64,000 nt of DNA from Firmicutes bacterium UBA5509 (GTDB lineage Bacteria > Bacillota > Proteinivoracia > UBA4975). A program made the position numbers and the translations under genes. The notes beneath the pieces were generated by a model. That model searched no databases, was not told the origin of the DNA, and worked only from the letters and a program-made list of their open reading frames with translations. Where the stretch lies: assembly GCA_002423965.1 (NCBI GenBank), contig DIOR01000027.1, positions 117,958-181,957 of the forward strand, written 5' to 3'. The first letter of the stretch is position 1. Every line of letters begins with the position of its first letter. This document shows, in pieces, positions 49,201-58,338 of the stretch.

Positions 49201-49508
49201 AAGGTGTGAGTGTAATGCGCATCAACTTTTAAATCGATGCCGCTGGATTTCGCCTGATTAACTATATTGTTCAGGCCCTTTTCCAAAGTGTTGGCGTATG
49301 TTTTTACACCCTCAGCTGAACTAACGCCCCTTTCTCTCAGCTGAGCTTCATAGACCAGGACAGGGTCCTCCCAAAGTTGCACAATGACCCTTGTTTCCCG
49401 ATCTGTACTGGCAAGGACATTCCCCCCTCTTGGGACAGCACTCATAGGCGAGGCCGTGCTCATTACCAACAGGATTGCCAGCGTGAAAACCAGGACTCTC
49501 TTCATCAT
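46269..49508 (-). CDS. Cell-wall-bound S8 serine protease (I9, S8+PA, Fn3-like, 3xCWB2)
   Basis: IDTGIDY, HGTHVAG, GTSMASPHVAG; PA domain; three CWB2 repeats; signal peptide. Confidence 0.93.
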   Translation of the reverse strand: MMKRVLVFTLAILLVMSTASPMSAVPRGGNVLASTDRETRVIVQLWEDPVLVYEAQLRERGVSSAEGVKTYANTLEKGLNNIVNQAKSSGIDLKVDAHYTHTFFGFSAGVPFSQLSKLEKLPGVKRVFPDLPVELPDINLTVPQTGAPSMWEMPGGFTGEGITVAVIDTGIDYTHPFMWFWPEDEEEIPKVIGGYNFTDEGGPEDFKDGHYHGTHVAGTIAADGRGFDGWDDFIGMAPDANLYAVRVLDSEGHGYSSWVISGIEWSVNPGDGLERADVINLSLGASYVTSPGYPTALAANAAAEAGVIVVASAGNEGQDFPTSSAPSTGSKVISVASYGYIEGPYIIVGETEIEDVRTSDCPVPDGEPHGIVYAGLGRVDDFEDLDLTGKIALMQRGEIDFTEKATNAMNNGAIAAIIFNSEPGNFGMAGTFPIPAFSISLEDGIDLLAQLGLDPDLQVIMGLLPAQDLISDFSSAGPANDYSLKPDITAPGDAVLSTVPEADGLFAVLGGTSMASPHVAGGAALLKQKYGDQLSVEEYKALLMNTSFLLYDREDNKYPVTVQGAGVLDMYAAGWSRGLALPASISLRVDGTENTVTVRNLSDEEITYEIEFVSDTLAAEYPEEITVPAKSTEEFVIAFDLADLDEGHHEGYVVLIPTTDVIVHGEAGLTFMDILHIPVYHYEGTHEDFFIDDFEIPRVVYVDQPLDIEFTLAQDIAYADIGVYDMEGNYWGYVPFANGMLAGTWTYHGLELGLPPGHYVIELYAETTEWFDLKHRELSIIAPVYRLSGSNRFATATAVSDAGWETADTVILARADEFADSLAGVGLSKKCDAPILLTNSGVLSSVTAAEIERLGATNVIILGGTGAVSQEIEDQLVEEGKIVKRIGGSNRYDTAALIAKEVIGDAVVDTAVIVYGLNFPDALAAAPRAASSGNPVLMVNTNVIPAATQEFLTENNITNTIVVGGTGIISEDVFDALPNATRIAGSNRYETCKLIAEGLNPYIVCFASGDSFSDALTLAALAAKFDSSLLLVRQNVVPAAISELLADYQAEISYMYVAGGEAVVSDAVVQALESFMLPK

Positions 49509-49544
49509 TATCCCTCCTAGAATAAATATTACATTTCCTGGAGT

Positions 49545-49573
49545 ATATTCTCCAAGAGTAGGTTTTCTCCTTC
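49545..49573 (-). promoter_or_regulatory. sigH-like promoter
   Basis: GAAGGAGAA-N11-GGAGAATAT. Confidence 0.5.
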
Positions 49574-49620
49574 TTTATCCTTTGTTTTTTTAATAAACTA
49601 CACAAAAATCCTGTACAAGC

Positions 49621-49643
49621 AAAAATTCGCCCCTCAGGGCGAA
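49621..49643 (-). terminator. Terminator of the polysaccharide cluster
   Basis: TTCGCCC-TGAG-GGGCGAA-TTTTT. Confidence 0.7.
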
Positions 49644-49655
49644 CTCTTTAGCATA

Positions 49656-50615
49656 CTATCTCAGGATTTTTATTTCGCTAAACTTCATCATATATATATT
49701 TGCAGCATACTGACCAATAACGTCCTGGTTCTCATTCCCTTTAAGGTTCTCGATAATTAGACCCGGAACATTTACCCCACATTCATAAGCATGGGGATAC
49801 CCTCCGCCAAAGCGAGGGTTCACCTCTGAAATGTAATACTCAGCATTGATCTTAAAAAGATCTATATCAATTATTCCCCGTAGTCCGGCTGTCTTCACAA
49901 AGGATCTTAATAGAGCAAAGAGCTTTTCATCCTTTACTGAAACGGACTTGTCAGTCTCTCCCGCTCTCATTTTTATTTTCTCCTTGGTAAAAATTGCAAC
50001 CGGCTCCCCCGAAAGGATATCAATATATACATCTGCGCCATACTCTGGGCTGTCAATATAATCCTGAATCATCAGGTCATGGTGTTTACTAAAGAGAAAG
50101 TCGACTTCTTCTCTCCCGGCAGCCATACTGATTCCCAAGCTTGCACTGCCCCTAACTGGCTTGACGATAACCGGATACTCGATGATGCCGCATTCAACAT
50201 CTCTGTAAAACAGTTCTTTGTCAACATAACTACTGATAGCCTTAAATCCCTTTTCGTGCAAAAATTGATTGAAACGCCATTTATCAAAACATGTTTCAAC
50301 AACCTCATAATCGGATATTATTGGAGTTATGCCTGCCTTCAAAAACAAGTCCTTATTTGCCGCCAGCAAGCTGAGCTCGGGATCTATCAGGGACAAGACT
50401 GCCCTGATGTCATTCTCCTGGCAGATATCCAGTATAGTGTCCAGGTAAGATGCTTCATTTATCCCCGGGACTATGAAGTACTTGTCGGCATCATACAGTG
50501 CGGGAGCCAATTCACTGCAATCCGCCGCCATGACAAGGCCATTACTGCCCAATTCCCGTTTAAAGTACTGGATAATCTTATTTCTGGTGCCGCAACTTAA
50601 TATCAGTATGTTCAT
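49656..50615 (-). CDS. ATP-grasp protein (carbamoyl-phosphate-synthase-like)
   Basis: MNILILSCG, VKPVRGSAS, EVNPRFGGGYP. Confidence 0.88.
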   Translation of the reverse strand: MNILILSCGTRNKIIQYFKRELGSNGLVMAADCSELAPALYDADKYFIVPGINEASYLDTILDICQENDIRAVLSLIDPELSLLAANKDLFLKAGITPIISDYEVVETCFDKWRFNQFLHEKGFKAISSYVDKELFYRDVECGIIEYPVIVKPVRGSASLGISMAAGREEVDFLFSKHHDLMIQDYIDSPEYGADVYIDILSGEPVAIFTKEKIKMRAGETDKSVSVKDEKLFALLRSFVKTAGLRGIIDIDLFKINAEYYISEVNPRFGGGYPHAYECGVNVPGLIIENLKGNENQDVIGQYAANIYMMKFSEIKILR

Positions 50616-51551
50616 TTACAGTTCCTCCAAGCTGTCGAAAAATAATGGGGTGCCTCCGGTATGGATAAACAGGATATTCATCCCGGATATTTGACGTTCC
50701 CGGATTAATTCTTTCATCCCCCAGAATGCCTTCCCAGTATAGGTAGTATCCAGAGGAATGCCTTCATTTATCATTACGCTCTTAATGGTTTGCACAATCT
50801 CCTGATTGTAACTGCCGTAACCTTCAAGCACATAGGCGTCTACGAAGTCAATGGATTCTCCGCTAACGCCTGTTTCGCCAATGCTTTTCAGGTAGCTGTT
50901 TACACTGTCGATGACTACCTGGCTGCCCCGGGGCTTGCGGCGAGCAATACTAATGCCGACAACTTTTTTGTTGTCTTTATTGATTACCTGCCCGCATACA
51001 AGGCCGGCTTGAGTAGTTCCGGTGCCGGAAGGATGGAATATATAGTCGAATTTAATTTTGTTGCTATTTTCGAAGTGCAAAATCTCTTTATAGGCATCTG
51101 CATAGGCCTTCGTTCCCAGGTCGGCGTGGCCGCCGCCGGGGATAAAGTAAGGCTTATACCCCTGATGCCTTAACCTCTCCAATTTTTCCTCAATGGTGTC
51201 CTTTACAGCTGCCACCTGACAGTAAATTATCTCGGCACCAAAGAGCTGCATCATGGCTGTGTTATATGAAGCTGTTCGGGTCTCAACCGGTGAAATAATA
51301 CTGCAAGGCAGCCCCTTGGCAGCAGCGAGGTTTGCAACCACTCTGCAGTGGTTAGAACTGCTACTGCCGTAAGTGACGACATAATCACAGGACTTCCTCT
51401 CCACTTCTGCGAAGAAGAGCATTGCCTTCCGTGCTTTATTTCCACCGAAGGAAAAAGGGAAGAGATCATCCCTTTTCACAAAAAAGGTATTGCCATTAAG
51501 CCTGTCAGTTAGCTTTTGAATTGGTGTTGGAGGATAGATGATATACATCAT
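50616..51551 (-). CDS. PLP enzyme of the D-cysteine desulfhydrase/ACC deaminase family
   Basis: KRDD...GGNKARK, SNH, SGTGTTQAGL, LDTTYTGKA, FIHTGG. Confidence 0.88.
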   Translation of the reverse strand: MMYIIYPPTPIQKLTDRLNGNTFFVKRDDLFPFSFGGNKARKAMLFFAEVERKSCDYVVTYGSSSSNHCRVVANLAAAKGLPCSIISPVETRTASYNTAMMQLFGAEIIYCQVAAVKDTIEEKLERLRHQGYKPYFIPGGGHADLGTKAYADAYKEILHFENSNKIKFDYIFHPSGTGTTQAGLVCGQVINKDNKKVVGISIARRKPRGSQVVIDSVNSYLKSIGETGVSGESIDFVDAYVLEGYGSYNQEIVQTIKSVMINEGIPLDTTYTGKAFWGMKELIRERQISGMNILFIHTGGTPLFFDSLEEL

Positions 51552-52066
51552 TATAAGTTCTCCTTGTGGTATTCAGCAGCCAGCAATCCGTAGAGGAATC
51601 TGTCAACCACTCTTCCATCCTGGATAAGGTCTTGTCGCAGCAGGCCTTCTTTGACAAAACCAAGCCTTTCAAAGAGCTTTTGCGCAGCTAAGTTTTCAAC
51701 TTCTGTGTACAGATATATCTTGTTTAAATAAAAAACAGTAAAACCCTTGTCCAGCAAGAGCCGGGATGCCGTAAACGCTACTCCCCGGCCTTTGTATTTC
51801 CCTTCGCCTAGAGCAACATAGTACTCCCCTTTCCTGTTCCTGGCGTCGATGTTAATAAGGCCAATCAGGCCGGCGGATTCTCCGTTACAGGTAATGGTAT
51901 AGTCGGCCCGGTCCTTTCTGTCCTGAAGGGACCTGAACCACAACAATGTCTTCTCTTCACTCAGAGGTAAATCGTAATGAAGAAATCTGTTGTTCTTCTC
52001 GTCATTAATCCATTTTACCTTAAGGGGTATATCTTTCTCGATAAATCTTCGTATCTCAATATTCAT
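51551..52066 (-). CDS. GNAT N-acetyltransferase (RimL/PseH-like)
   Basis: KGRGVA, NLAAQKLFERLGFVKEG. Confidence 0.85.
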   Translation of the reverse strand: MNIEIRRFIEKDIPLKVKWINDEKNNRFLHYDLPLSEEKTLLWFRSLQDRKDRADYTITCNGESAGLIGLINIDARNRKGEYYVALGEGKYKGRGVAFTASRLLLDKGFTVFYLNKIYLYTEVENLAAQKLFERLGFVKEGLLRQDLIQDGRVVDRFLYGLLAAEYHKENL

Positions 52067-52079
52067 AACTACCACCTCG

Positions 52080-52694
52080 TCAGACAGACATGTCCTCAGA
52101 TTGGGAATAAATGCTTTCCTTGCGAAAAATCTTTTTCACAGTTTTAAAGAGTATTTTTATGTCCAGCCAGATGGAAAAATTTTCGACGTATTTGACATCC
52201 ACGCGGATTCTCTCATCCCAGGGCACGGAATTTCTGACAGTGACTTGAGTCAGCCCAGTCATGCCAGGTCTCATTTCAAACCGCTTCCGCTGGAAATCAG
52301 AGTATTCATCATATCTGTACGGGTGGTAGGGAACCGGGGGCCTTGGCCCTACCAAACTCATATCCCCGGCGATTACATTCCAAAGTTGGGGTAGTTCATC
52401 CAAACTTGTCCCTCTGAGGAATTTGCCAACCTTTGTGATTCTATTGTCTTGCCCTGTCTTAACAAATAAACCATCTCCAATATTCTCAGCATTAACCACC
52501 ATTGTTCGGAACTTAAGGATATTGAAGATCTTTCCATCCTTCCCCAGGCGTTGCTGTTTAAAGAAAACCGGGCCCTTGGAAGTAAGCTTTATCAGCAACG
52601 CAATAATAAGAAGAAATGGCGAAATAATAATGCCGCCAATAATACTTCCCAGGAGATCGACAACCCGTTTAATGAAAACATTTACAGCTCTCAC
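52080..52694 (-). CDS. Initiating sugar (phosphoglycosyl) transferase
   Basis: KRVVD, KFRTM, SLDELPQLWNV, MSLVGPRP, RPGMTG. Confidence 0.93.
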   Translation of the reverse strand: MRAVNVFIKRVVDLLGSIIGGIIISPFLLIIALLIKLTSKGPVFFKQQRLGKDGKIFNILKFRTMVVNAENIGDGLFVKTGQDNRITKVGKFLRGTSLDELPQLWNVIAGDMSLVGPRPPVPYHPYRYDEYSDFQRKRFEMRPGMTGLTQVTVRNSVPWDERIRVDVKYVENFSIWLDIKILFKTVKKIFRKESIYSQSEDMSV

Positions 52695-52801
52695 AAACTC
52701 ACCCTATCTATTAGCTGATCAGTGGTGCTTGATATCACTTAACAGAGCTTAACATATTGTTCGTTATAGTAAAGGGAAATACATGCCAGGCTGGCAAGCT
52801 A

Positions 52802-53440
52802 TCATTCATAAGGGAGAGGTATGGCTTGCACAAACTTGCCGCGAACAATAAGTCGCTTTGCCGATGAGACGCTTCCCACCCGCTGACAAGTTGTCAAAGT
52901 AATGGCAGCATAGTCCAAGGGGGCAATTACCTCAACCTGGGTTGGTTCGACAGAAAACACTTCTTCAACTTCATAAAAGTAATCCTCTTTGGGGGTGCGA
53001 AGGATTATTTCATCGCCGGGATTGAGGTCAAAGAGCTTGTGAAAATACCCTGCAGGTCCTCCCCTGTGCCCGGCAATCAATAAGTTGCCTACCTCACCAG
53101 GGAAGACACTTTCGGGATAATAGCTGGGTGGTTGGTTGAGCTTGCGGGAGAAAACTCCCATGTCCGTGACTGCCACCACTTGCACCGACAAGTCAACTGC
53201 AGGGATCTCCAGTTGGGTGGGGGGGAACTCGTCCCACTTCGGGAAAGAAGGCTCCTGCTGATTATCTTTTCCGCCAATGGCCTCAATATGATATTTCTGC
53301 CATTGTTCTATAAAAGCCTGTTCCAGACGACTCTGTTCCAACCGGGCCTGAATTCTTAAATATATCGGATACGCTATCATGGCCAGACCGGCAATTATGA
53401 GGATTATTGCCACAATATTAGTTACTCTCCCCCTGGTCAC
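52802..53440 (-). CDS. Sortase (class D-like)
   Basis: N-terminal TM; IAGHR, ITLTTC, RLIVRG catalytic His/Cys/Arg. Confidence 0.9.
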   Translation of the reverse strand: MTRGRVTNIVAIILIIAGLAMIAYPIYLRIQARLEQSRLEQAFIEQWQKYHIEAIGGKDNQQEPSFPKWDEFPPTQLEIPAVDLSVQVVAVTDMGVFSRKLNQPPSYYPESVFPGEVGNLLIAGHRGGPAGYFHKLFDLNPGDEIILRTPKEDYFYEVEEVFSVEPTQVEVIAPLDYAAITLTTCQRVGSVSSAKRLIVRGKFVQAIPLPYE

Positions 53441-53487
53441 ATCATCACCCCGCAAGAGATCTAGCCCTTCTTCAACATGTGCCTGGT

Positions 53488-54378
53488 TTATTCTTTGGCA
53501 TTCTCGGCAATAGCTGCCTTTAAATTGCGCAAGAATTTACGATGTTCTATGGCAAAGTTGCCGGTTACGCTGCCGTTGTCGGGAACAGACCTTGTGACAA
53601 CTGCACCCATATTAGCCCTGGCGTCCTCGCCAACGGTAATACCGTTTGTAATCGTCGCCCCAAATCCTAACCAGGCCCCATCTTTTACTATAGTCCTGCC
53701 TCCTAAGCCGACATTGGCCACAACCATTACATTTTTGCCTATCTTGACTCCATGGGCAATATGGACCAAGTTATCTATCTTCGAGTAGTCTCCAATGGCA
53801 GTGTCATCCCAGGGATAAATGCCTCTGTCCACGCAGGTGTTATATTGGATTTCAACGTTCTTACCAATTTTAACCCCCCCTGCATGCACCACACTTAAAA
53901 GACCAGAGTCAGTTCTCTTGAATTCAAAACCCTGCCCGCCAATTATGCAGCCAGCGCGGATAATTGTGTCATCGTCAATAACAGTGTTTTCACGGATGAC
54001 GACAAATTCTTCTATGGTAACATTTTTTCCCATAATAATATTGCTTTCTGCGATGCTTGCCAGGGGACTGATCTTACAACCGGAACCAATAGTTAAAGGA
54101 AATCTGTCCCGAGCATATCCCTCTTTAGCAGACAGATAATTGTGGATGACAAAGAAAAGCTCTCTGGGTTTTTCAACTATACATTTTCCATATGCCCTAT
54201 CTAACAGAGGACTTACCTCTGCAGTTGTAAGGACCATGGTTACGTTACCAGTAATTGAACCGATATAATCTGCTGAGTCGAGAAAAACGCAACTAGGCTG
54301 TGATAAGCCTGAAGCCGTTAACGCCAAATAGTCAAAGGGTTTCTCGTCAATACACTGATAATCTCCGGAGAAGTCCAT
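53488..54378 (-). CDS. LpxD-like hexapeptide-repeat acyltransferase
   Basis: IGGQGFEF, KIDNLVHIAH, hexapeptide repeats; the true start may be a few codons upstream. Confidence 0.85.
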   Translation of the reverse strand: MDFSGDYQCIDEKPFDYLALTASGLSQPSCVFLDSADYIGSITGNVTMVLTTAEVSPLLDRAYGKCIVEKPRELFFVIHNYLSAKEGYARDRFPLTIGSGCKISPLASIAESNIIMGKNVTIEEFVVIRENTVIDDDTIIRAGCIIGGQGFEFKRTDSGLLSVVHAGGVKIGKNVEIQYNTCVDRGIYPWDDTAIGDYSKIDNLVHIAHGVKIGKNVMVVANVGLGGRTIVKDGAWLGFGATITNGITVGEDARANMGAVVTRSVPDNGSVTGNFAIEHRKFLRNLKAAIAENAKE

Positions 54379-54407
54379 TTCCTTCAGGATTTTGCTTAAA
54401 AATATAA

Positions 54408-55598
54408 TTATCTCCCCCTCTTCGTTATTTTCCTGTCAGCAAAGATCCTTGCGTAGAGTTCTGTTAACTTATTTTCCTCTCGTTCCCAGCAAAATATCCT
54501 GGCGGCTTTCACTGCATTCTCCGAGTAAGTCCGGTAAAGATCATGACCCCAGAATGCGTTAATTTCACTGGAGATTATCTCAGGATCCCAGGAATCTAAA
54601 ACCAGTCCGACTTTGTGCTCTTCGACAACTTTCCGCATCTCCGGAAGGTTGCTGACAATCACCGGGAAGCCGGCCTGCATATATTCGAATAATTTATTGG
54701 GAAGACAGTAATGATAGCTTAAGCATACATCTTCGATTAAACTTACGCCTATATCCCCTCCGGCGGTATAGGGAGCCAAATCTGACGGGGGTACTGCGGG
54801 GTGAAAATAGACTTTAGCCTCGACACCTAAGTCTGTAGCCAGCTCTTTCAGGTGTGGGACAAGGAGACCATTGCCCAAAATAACAATGACAAATTTATCG
54901 CTTAAATACCTGGATGCCTTAACCAGCGGTTCCAGCCCCCGGTAGGAGCTGACAACCCCCTGATATAAAAGTATAACTTTATCAGCGTTAATACCCAAAT
55001 CCTTTCTCAAAGGAGATGCATCCCGTGAAAACTCTTCCCGGGCTCGATAAGTCGGAAGATTTCTCAGCAGGACAATTCCTTCAAAACCAAAGCTCTTTTC
55101 CATGTGCTTTGCAGTAGGCTGGGAAGCAGTAATAACTCCTGCTGCTCTGCGGGCGATAAAACGCTCCATTTTTGCAGCAGTTCGTTTTACAATAGCCGGG
55201 CGTTTAGCAATATGAGCTGTATGCCCCCAAAGTTCATGGGCATCATAAACCAGTTTGCACTTAGTTAGTTTTGTAATTAAATAACCAATAGGCAGGGCAT
55301 CCCGGTCGTGAGCATGCACAAGAATCGGCCGCAATTTCCTGCCTTTCCATACCATCTTCCAGACACACTCAAAGTATTTAAACATCTGCCAAACGAGTTT
55401 TTTTGGCCAAGATTTGGTCCGCAGGTGAAATCGCGTCAACTCATGAGTGTCGGTGGTCTCCTTAAGAGGCAGGCCTTTTTCGTGCAACGAAAAAACCTGA
55501 ACCTGGTACCCAGCATCAGTCAGGGTTTTGCATTCCCGTAACACTCGAGAATCATTAGTAAAACTGTTGAGGACAATGTGCAGGACCGTATTAGGCAT
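54408..55598 (-). CDS. GT4 glycosyltransferase
   Basis: DSRV, YDAHE, RGLE, PNKLFEYM. Confidence 0.9.
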   Translation of the reverse strand: MPNTVLHIVLNSFTNDSRVLRECKTLTDAGYQVQVFSLHEKGLPLKETTDTHELTRFHLRTKSWPKKLVWQMFKYFECVWKMVWKGRKLRPILVHAHDRDALPIGYLITKLTKCKLVYDAHELWGHTAHIAKRPAIVKRTAAKMERFIARRAAGVITASQPTAKHMEKSFGFEGIVLLRNLPTYRAREEFSRDASPLRKDLGINADKVILLYQGVVSSYRGLEPLVKASRYLSDKFVIVILGNGLLVPHLKELATDLGVEAKVYFHPAVPPSDLAPYTAGGDIGVSLIEDVCLSYHYCLPNKLFEYMQAGFPVIVSNLPEMRKVVEEHKVGLVLDSWDPEIISSEINAFWGHDLYRTYSENAVKAARIFCWEREENKLTELYARIFADRKITKRGR

Positions 55599-56740
55599 TA
55601 TTTTTCCCCTCGCAACATGAACTTTAATGAGTCTAGTATTGTCGCCAATTTGCTGGTTACAGTGTTTACCTGTTCTTCACTCATTTTAGTAAAAAAAGGT
55701 AAGGCAATAGTTCTTGCCGCAATATCTTCTGTTACTGGGAAATCCCCGGGCGAATAACCCGTCATTTTAATAATATGGGGCTGGTGATGAATAGGGGTGA
55801 AATACGGCTTGCAACCAACTCCCTCTTCTTGTAGCCGATACATCACATCATTCCTGTTAACTCCGGCATCTAAGGTTATCACATAGACAAACCAGCTCAT
55901 CCTGGTAACATTGCCGTCAATCCAGGGTGCGCTAACTCCAGGAATACCCTGCAGCCTTCGTGCGTACATCTCCGCCACCTTTTGACGGGCAGCGATAATT
56001 TCATCAAGCCGTTCCATTTGGGCGACACCAATGGCCGCATGTACTTCACTTAAACGGTAGTTATACCCAAGACGTTGGTGCTGTAGCCAGGTTCCTGTGT
56101 CCGCCCTACCTTGGCTGCGCATGCTGCGGCATAATTCAGCAATTTCATCGTCATTGGTTACAATTACTCCGCCCTCAGCTGTGGTAATCTGTTTATTAGG
56201 ATAAAAGGCGAAAGCCGCCACCTTAGACTGAGAACCAACCTTCTTGCCATTCCAGACTGATCCCAAAGCCTCGCAGCTGTCCTGAATAACCACTAGGTCA
56301 TGGCGGCGGGCAATGTCATTGACAGCCTCAATGTCGAATGGCTGACCAAAAACATCCACCGGCAAAATCGCCTTGGTTTTGGGGGTTATCTTTGCTTCTA
56401 CCTGACTGATATCAAGATTGTATGTGCGGGGGTCAATATCGACGAATATCGGTTTACCCCCTTCAAACAAAATGCAGTTAGTTGAGGCAATAAAGCTAAA
56501 AGGCGTGGTGATGACTTCGTCACCCTCTTCAATACCACAGGCCCTCATCATTAAGTGCAGAGCACTAGTACCGCTGTTTACAGCTACGGCATGTTTTACG
56601 CCTATATATTTGCTAATTTGCTGCTCAAATCTTTCGATTACCGGGCCAATGCTGAGCACGCCTGAACGCAAGACCTCATTGACGTAGTAAATTTCATTTT
56701 CTCCAATATCTGGTCGGGCCAGAGGAATCATTTCTTTCAT
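55598..56740 (-). CDS. DegT/DnrJ/EryC1/StrS sugar aminotransferase
   Basis: NSGTSALH, DSCEALG, FYPNKQITTAEGG, GYNYRL. Confidence 0.93.
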   Translation of the reverse strand: MKEMIPLARPDIGENEIYYVNEVLRSGVLSIGPVIERFEQQISKYIGVKHAVAVNSGTSALHLMMRACGIEEGDEVITTPFSFIASTNCILFEGGKPIFVDIDPRTYNLDISQVEAKITPKTKAILPVDVFGQPFDIEAVNDIARRHDLVVIQDSCEALGSVWNGKKVGSQSKVAAFAFYPNKQITTAEGGVIVTNDDEIAELCRSMRSQGRADTGTWLQHQRLGYNYRLSEVHAAIGVAQMERLDEIIAARQKVAEMYARRLQGIPGVSAPWIDGNVTRMSWFVYVITLDAGVNRNDVMYRLQEEGVGCKPYFTPIHHQPHIIKMTGYSPGDFPVTEDIAARTIALPFFTKMSEEQVNTVTSKLATILDSLKFMLRGEK

Positions 56741-58305
56741 TTCTTTCCTCCCTGCTCTGTTTGGCTGAATATCTTCTGCCATATCTTCTTGATCAGAGCC
56801 TTTGTTTCATTGGTTCCCTGGGCTTTAAACAATATGGCGCAGAGGAAGTATATCCCCGCCCCAAGGATAATCACTGCTGCCAGAAGCACTGCTGCCCACA
56901 ATCTTCCCGAAGGGATCAAGGGCATCAGAATGTTATATATAAAGTATACCACTATCCCCATCAGCAATGAAGCGGCAAGTGACTTACCCGCATCTGCCAG
57001 CATGGGCCAAACTTTTAAGCCCCCGATTTTCCGGGCCAGGAGCCATACCAACAATACCCCCCCAAACCAGTGGGACAGTGAAGTGGCCAAGGCCAGCCCC
57101 CCATGCTTGAGGCTACCAATAAAGAGGAAATTTAACAATACATTAATAGAAATCGAGCCAAAAGAAACCAATAGGGGAGTCTTGGCATCACCCATGGCAT
57201 AAAAAGCTTTAATTGAAAAGGAGCTAAGCATTGTCCCAATGAGGCCTATGCTGTAAAACCTTAAGGGAATTGCAGTCTGTATAACTGCTTCTGTGTCGAA
57301 GTTGCCCCGTTGAAAGACTAATTGGGTTATCGGCAATGCCAGTGCCACAAAGCCTACCACCATCGGTATCAGCAAAAACTGCATGGAATTGATCGCCTTG
57401 GTGAAGGTATCTCGAAACTTGTCATATTCCTGACTATTTATATAGTCTACAAGACTCGGGTAGACCACCGTGATAATTGAAGCAACCAGCAAGCCTTGAG
57501 GCAAGCCCACCAAGCGGGAAGAATAATTGAGGTAGGAAATGCTTCCCTCCGCCAATGTAGAGGCAAACATTTTGTCAGTTACAGATTTAATCTGGCTAGC
57601 CATACTCCCTAAAATTACCGGAGGCAGCAAGTGCAAAATCTCTTTGAGCCCATCGGCGGATGGCACCTTCAAGTCACCATGCATCTTGGTCTTCAACAAC
57701 CAGGGTAACTTAAACAACGTCTGGGAAGCCACGCCAAAAAGAGTTCCCCAGACCAGGGCGTAAATACCCAGCTTCTGATAGAGAGCAAAACTCACGCCAA
57801 TAATAACGAGGTTGTAAGGAAAACCATCCATTGCCGGGATGACAAAATTTCTGTTGACATGGAGAACTGCCCGGGTAACTGAAGAAAGGAAGCGGAACAG
57901 AATCATTACGCACAGGATTTTCACCATACCTGCGGTTATGCTGGCAGTGGCATCGTCAAAACCAACGGCAAAGAGCTTAACCAACTGCTTAGAAAACAGC
58001 CCAATAGGAAGGACAAATAACAGAGCGGTCACTACCAAGCCAATAAGAATAAATCTTATCACCAAGGACTTGTCCCGCTTTTGTTTGCGAAAACGGTCAT
58101 ATACCGGTATAAACACACTGTTGACAGCAGACCCCACCCCCGAATAAAGCAGGGTTGGGATAGTCAACGCCATATTAAAGGCATCCGTCAAAGCCGTCGC
58201 CCCGAAAAGGGCAGCTATTACCATTTCCCTGCCAAAACCCAGGACTTTGCTGGCCATGGTCAGGACAATCACTATTATTGCAGAGCGTGTTATATTCTTT
58301 TCCAT
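56737..58305 (-). CDS. murJ: MurJ/MviN-family flippase
   Basis: SKVLGFGRE, TDAF, FQRGNFD, HGGLALATS. Confidence 0.88.
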   Translation of the reverse strand: MEKNITRSAIIVIVLTMASKVLGFGREMVIAALFGATALTDAFNMALTIPTLLYSGVGSAVNSVFIPVYDRFRKQKRDKSLVIRFILIGLVVTALLFVLPIGLFSKQLVKLFAVGFDDATASITAGMVKILCVMILFRFLSSVTRAVLHVNRNFVIPAMDGFPYNLVIIGVSFALYQKLGIYALVWGTLFGVASQTLFKLPWLLKTKMHGDLKVPSADGLKEILHLLPPVILGSMASQIKSVTDKMFASTLAEGSISYLNYSSRLVGLPQGLLVASIITVVYPSLVDYINSQEYDKFRDTFTKAINSMQFLLIPMVVGFVALALPITQLVFQRGNFDTEAVIQTAIPLRFYSIGLIGTMLSSFSIKAFYAMGDAKTPLLVSFGSISINVLLNFLFIGSLKHGGLALATSLSHWFGGVLLVWLLARKIGGLKVWPMLADAGKSLAASLLMGIVVYFIYNILMPLIPSGRLWAAVLLAAVIILGAGIYFLCAILFKAQGTNETKALIKKIWQKIFSQTEQGGKK

Positions 58306-58338
58306 TATTATCCCCCTTGCCTGCGGCAATCCAACCCA

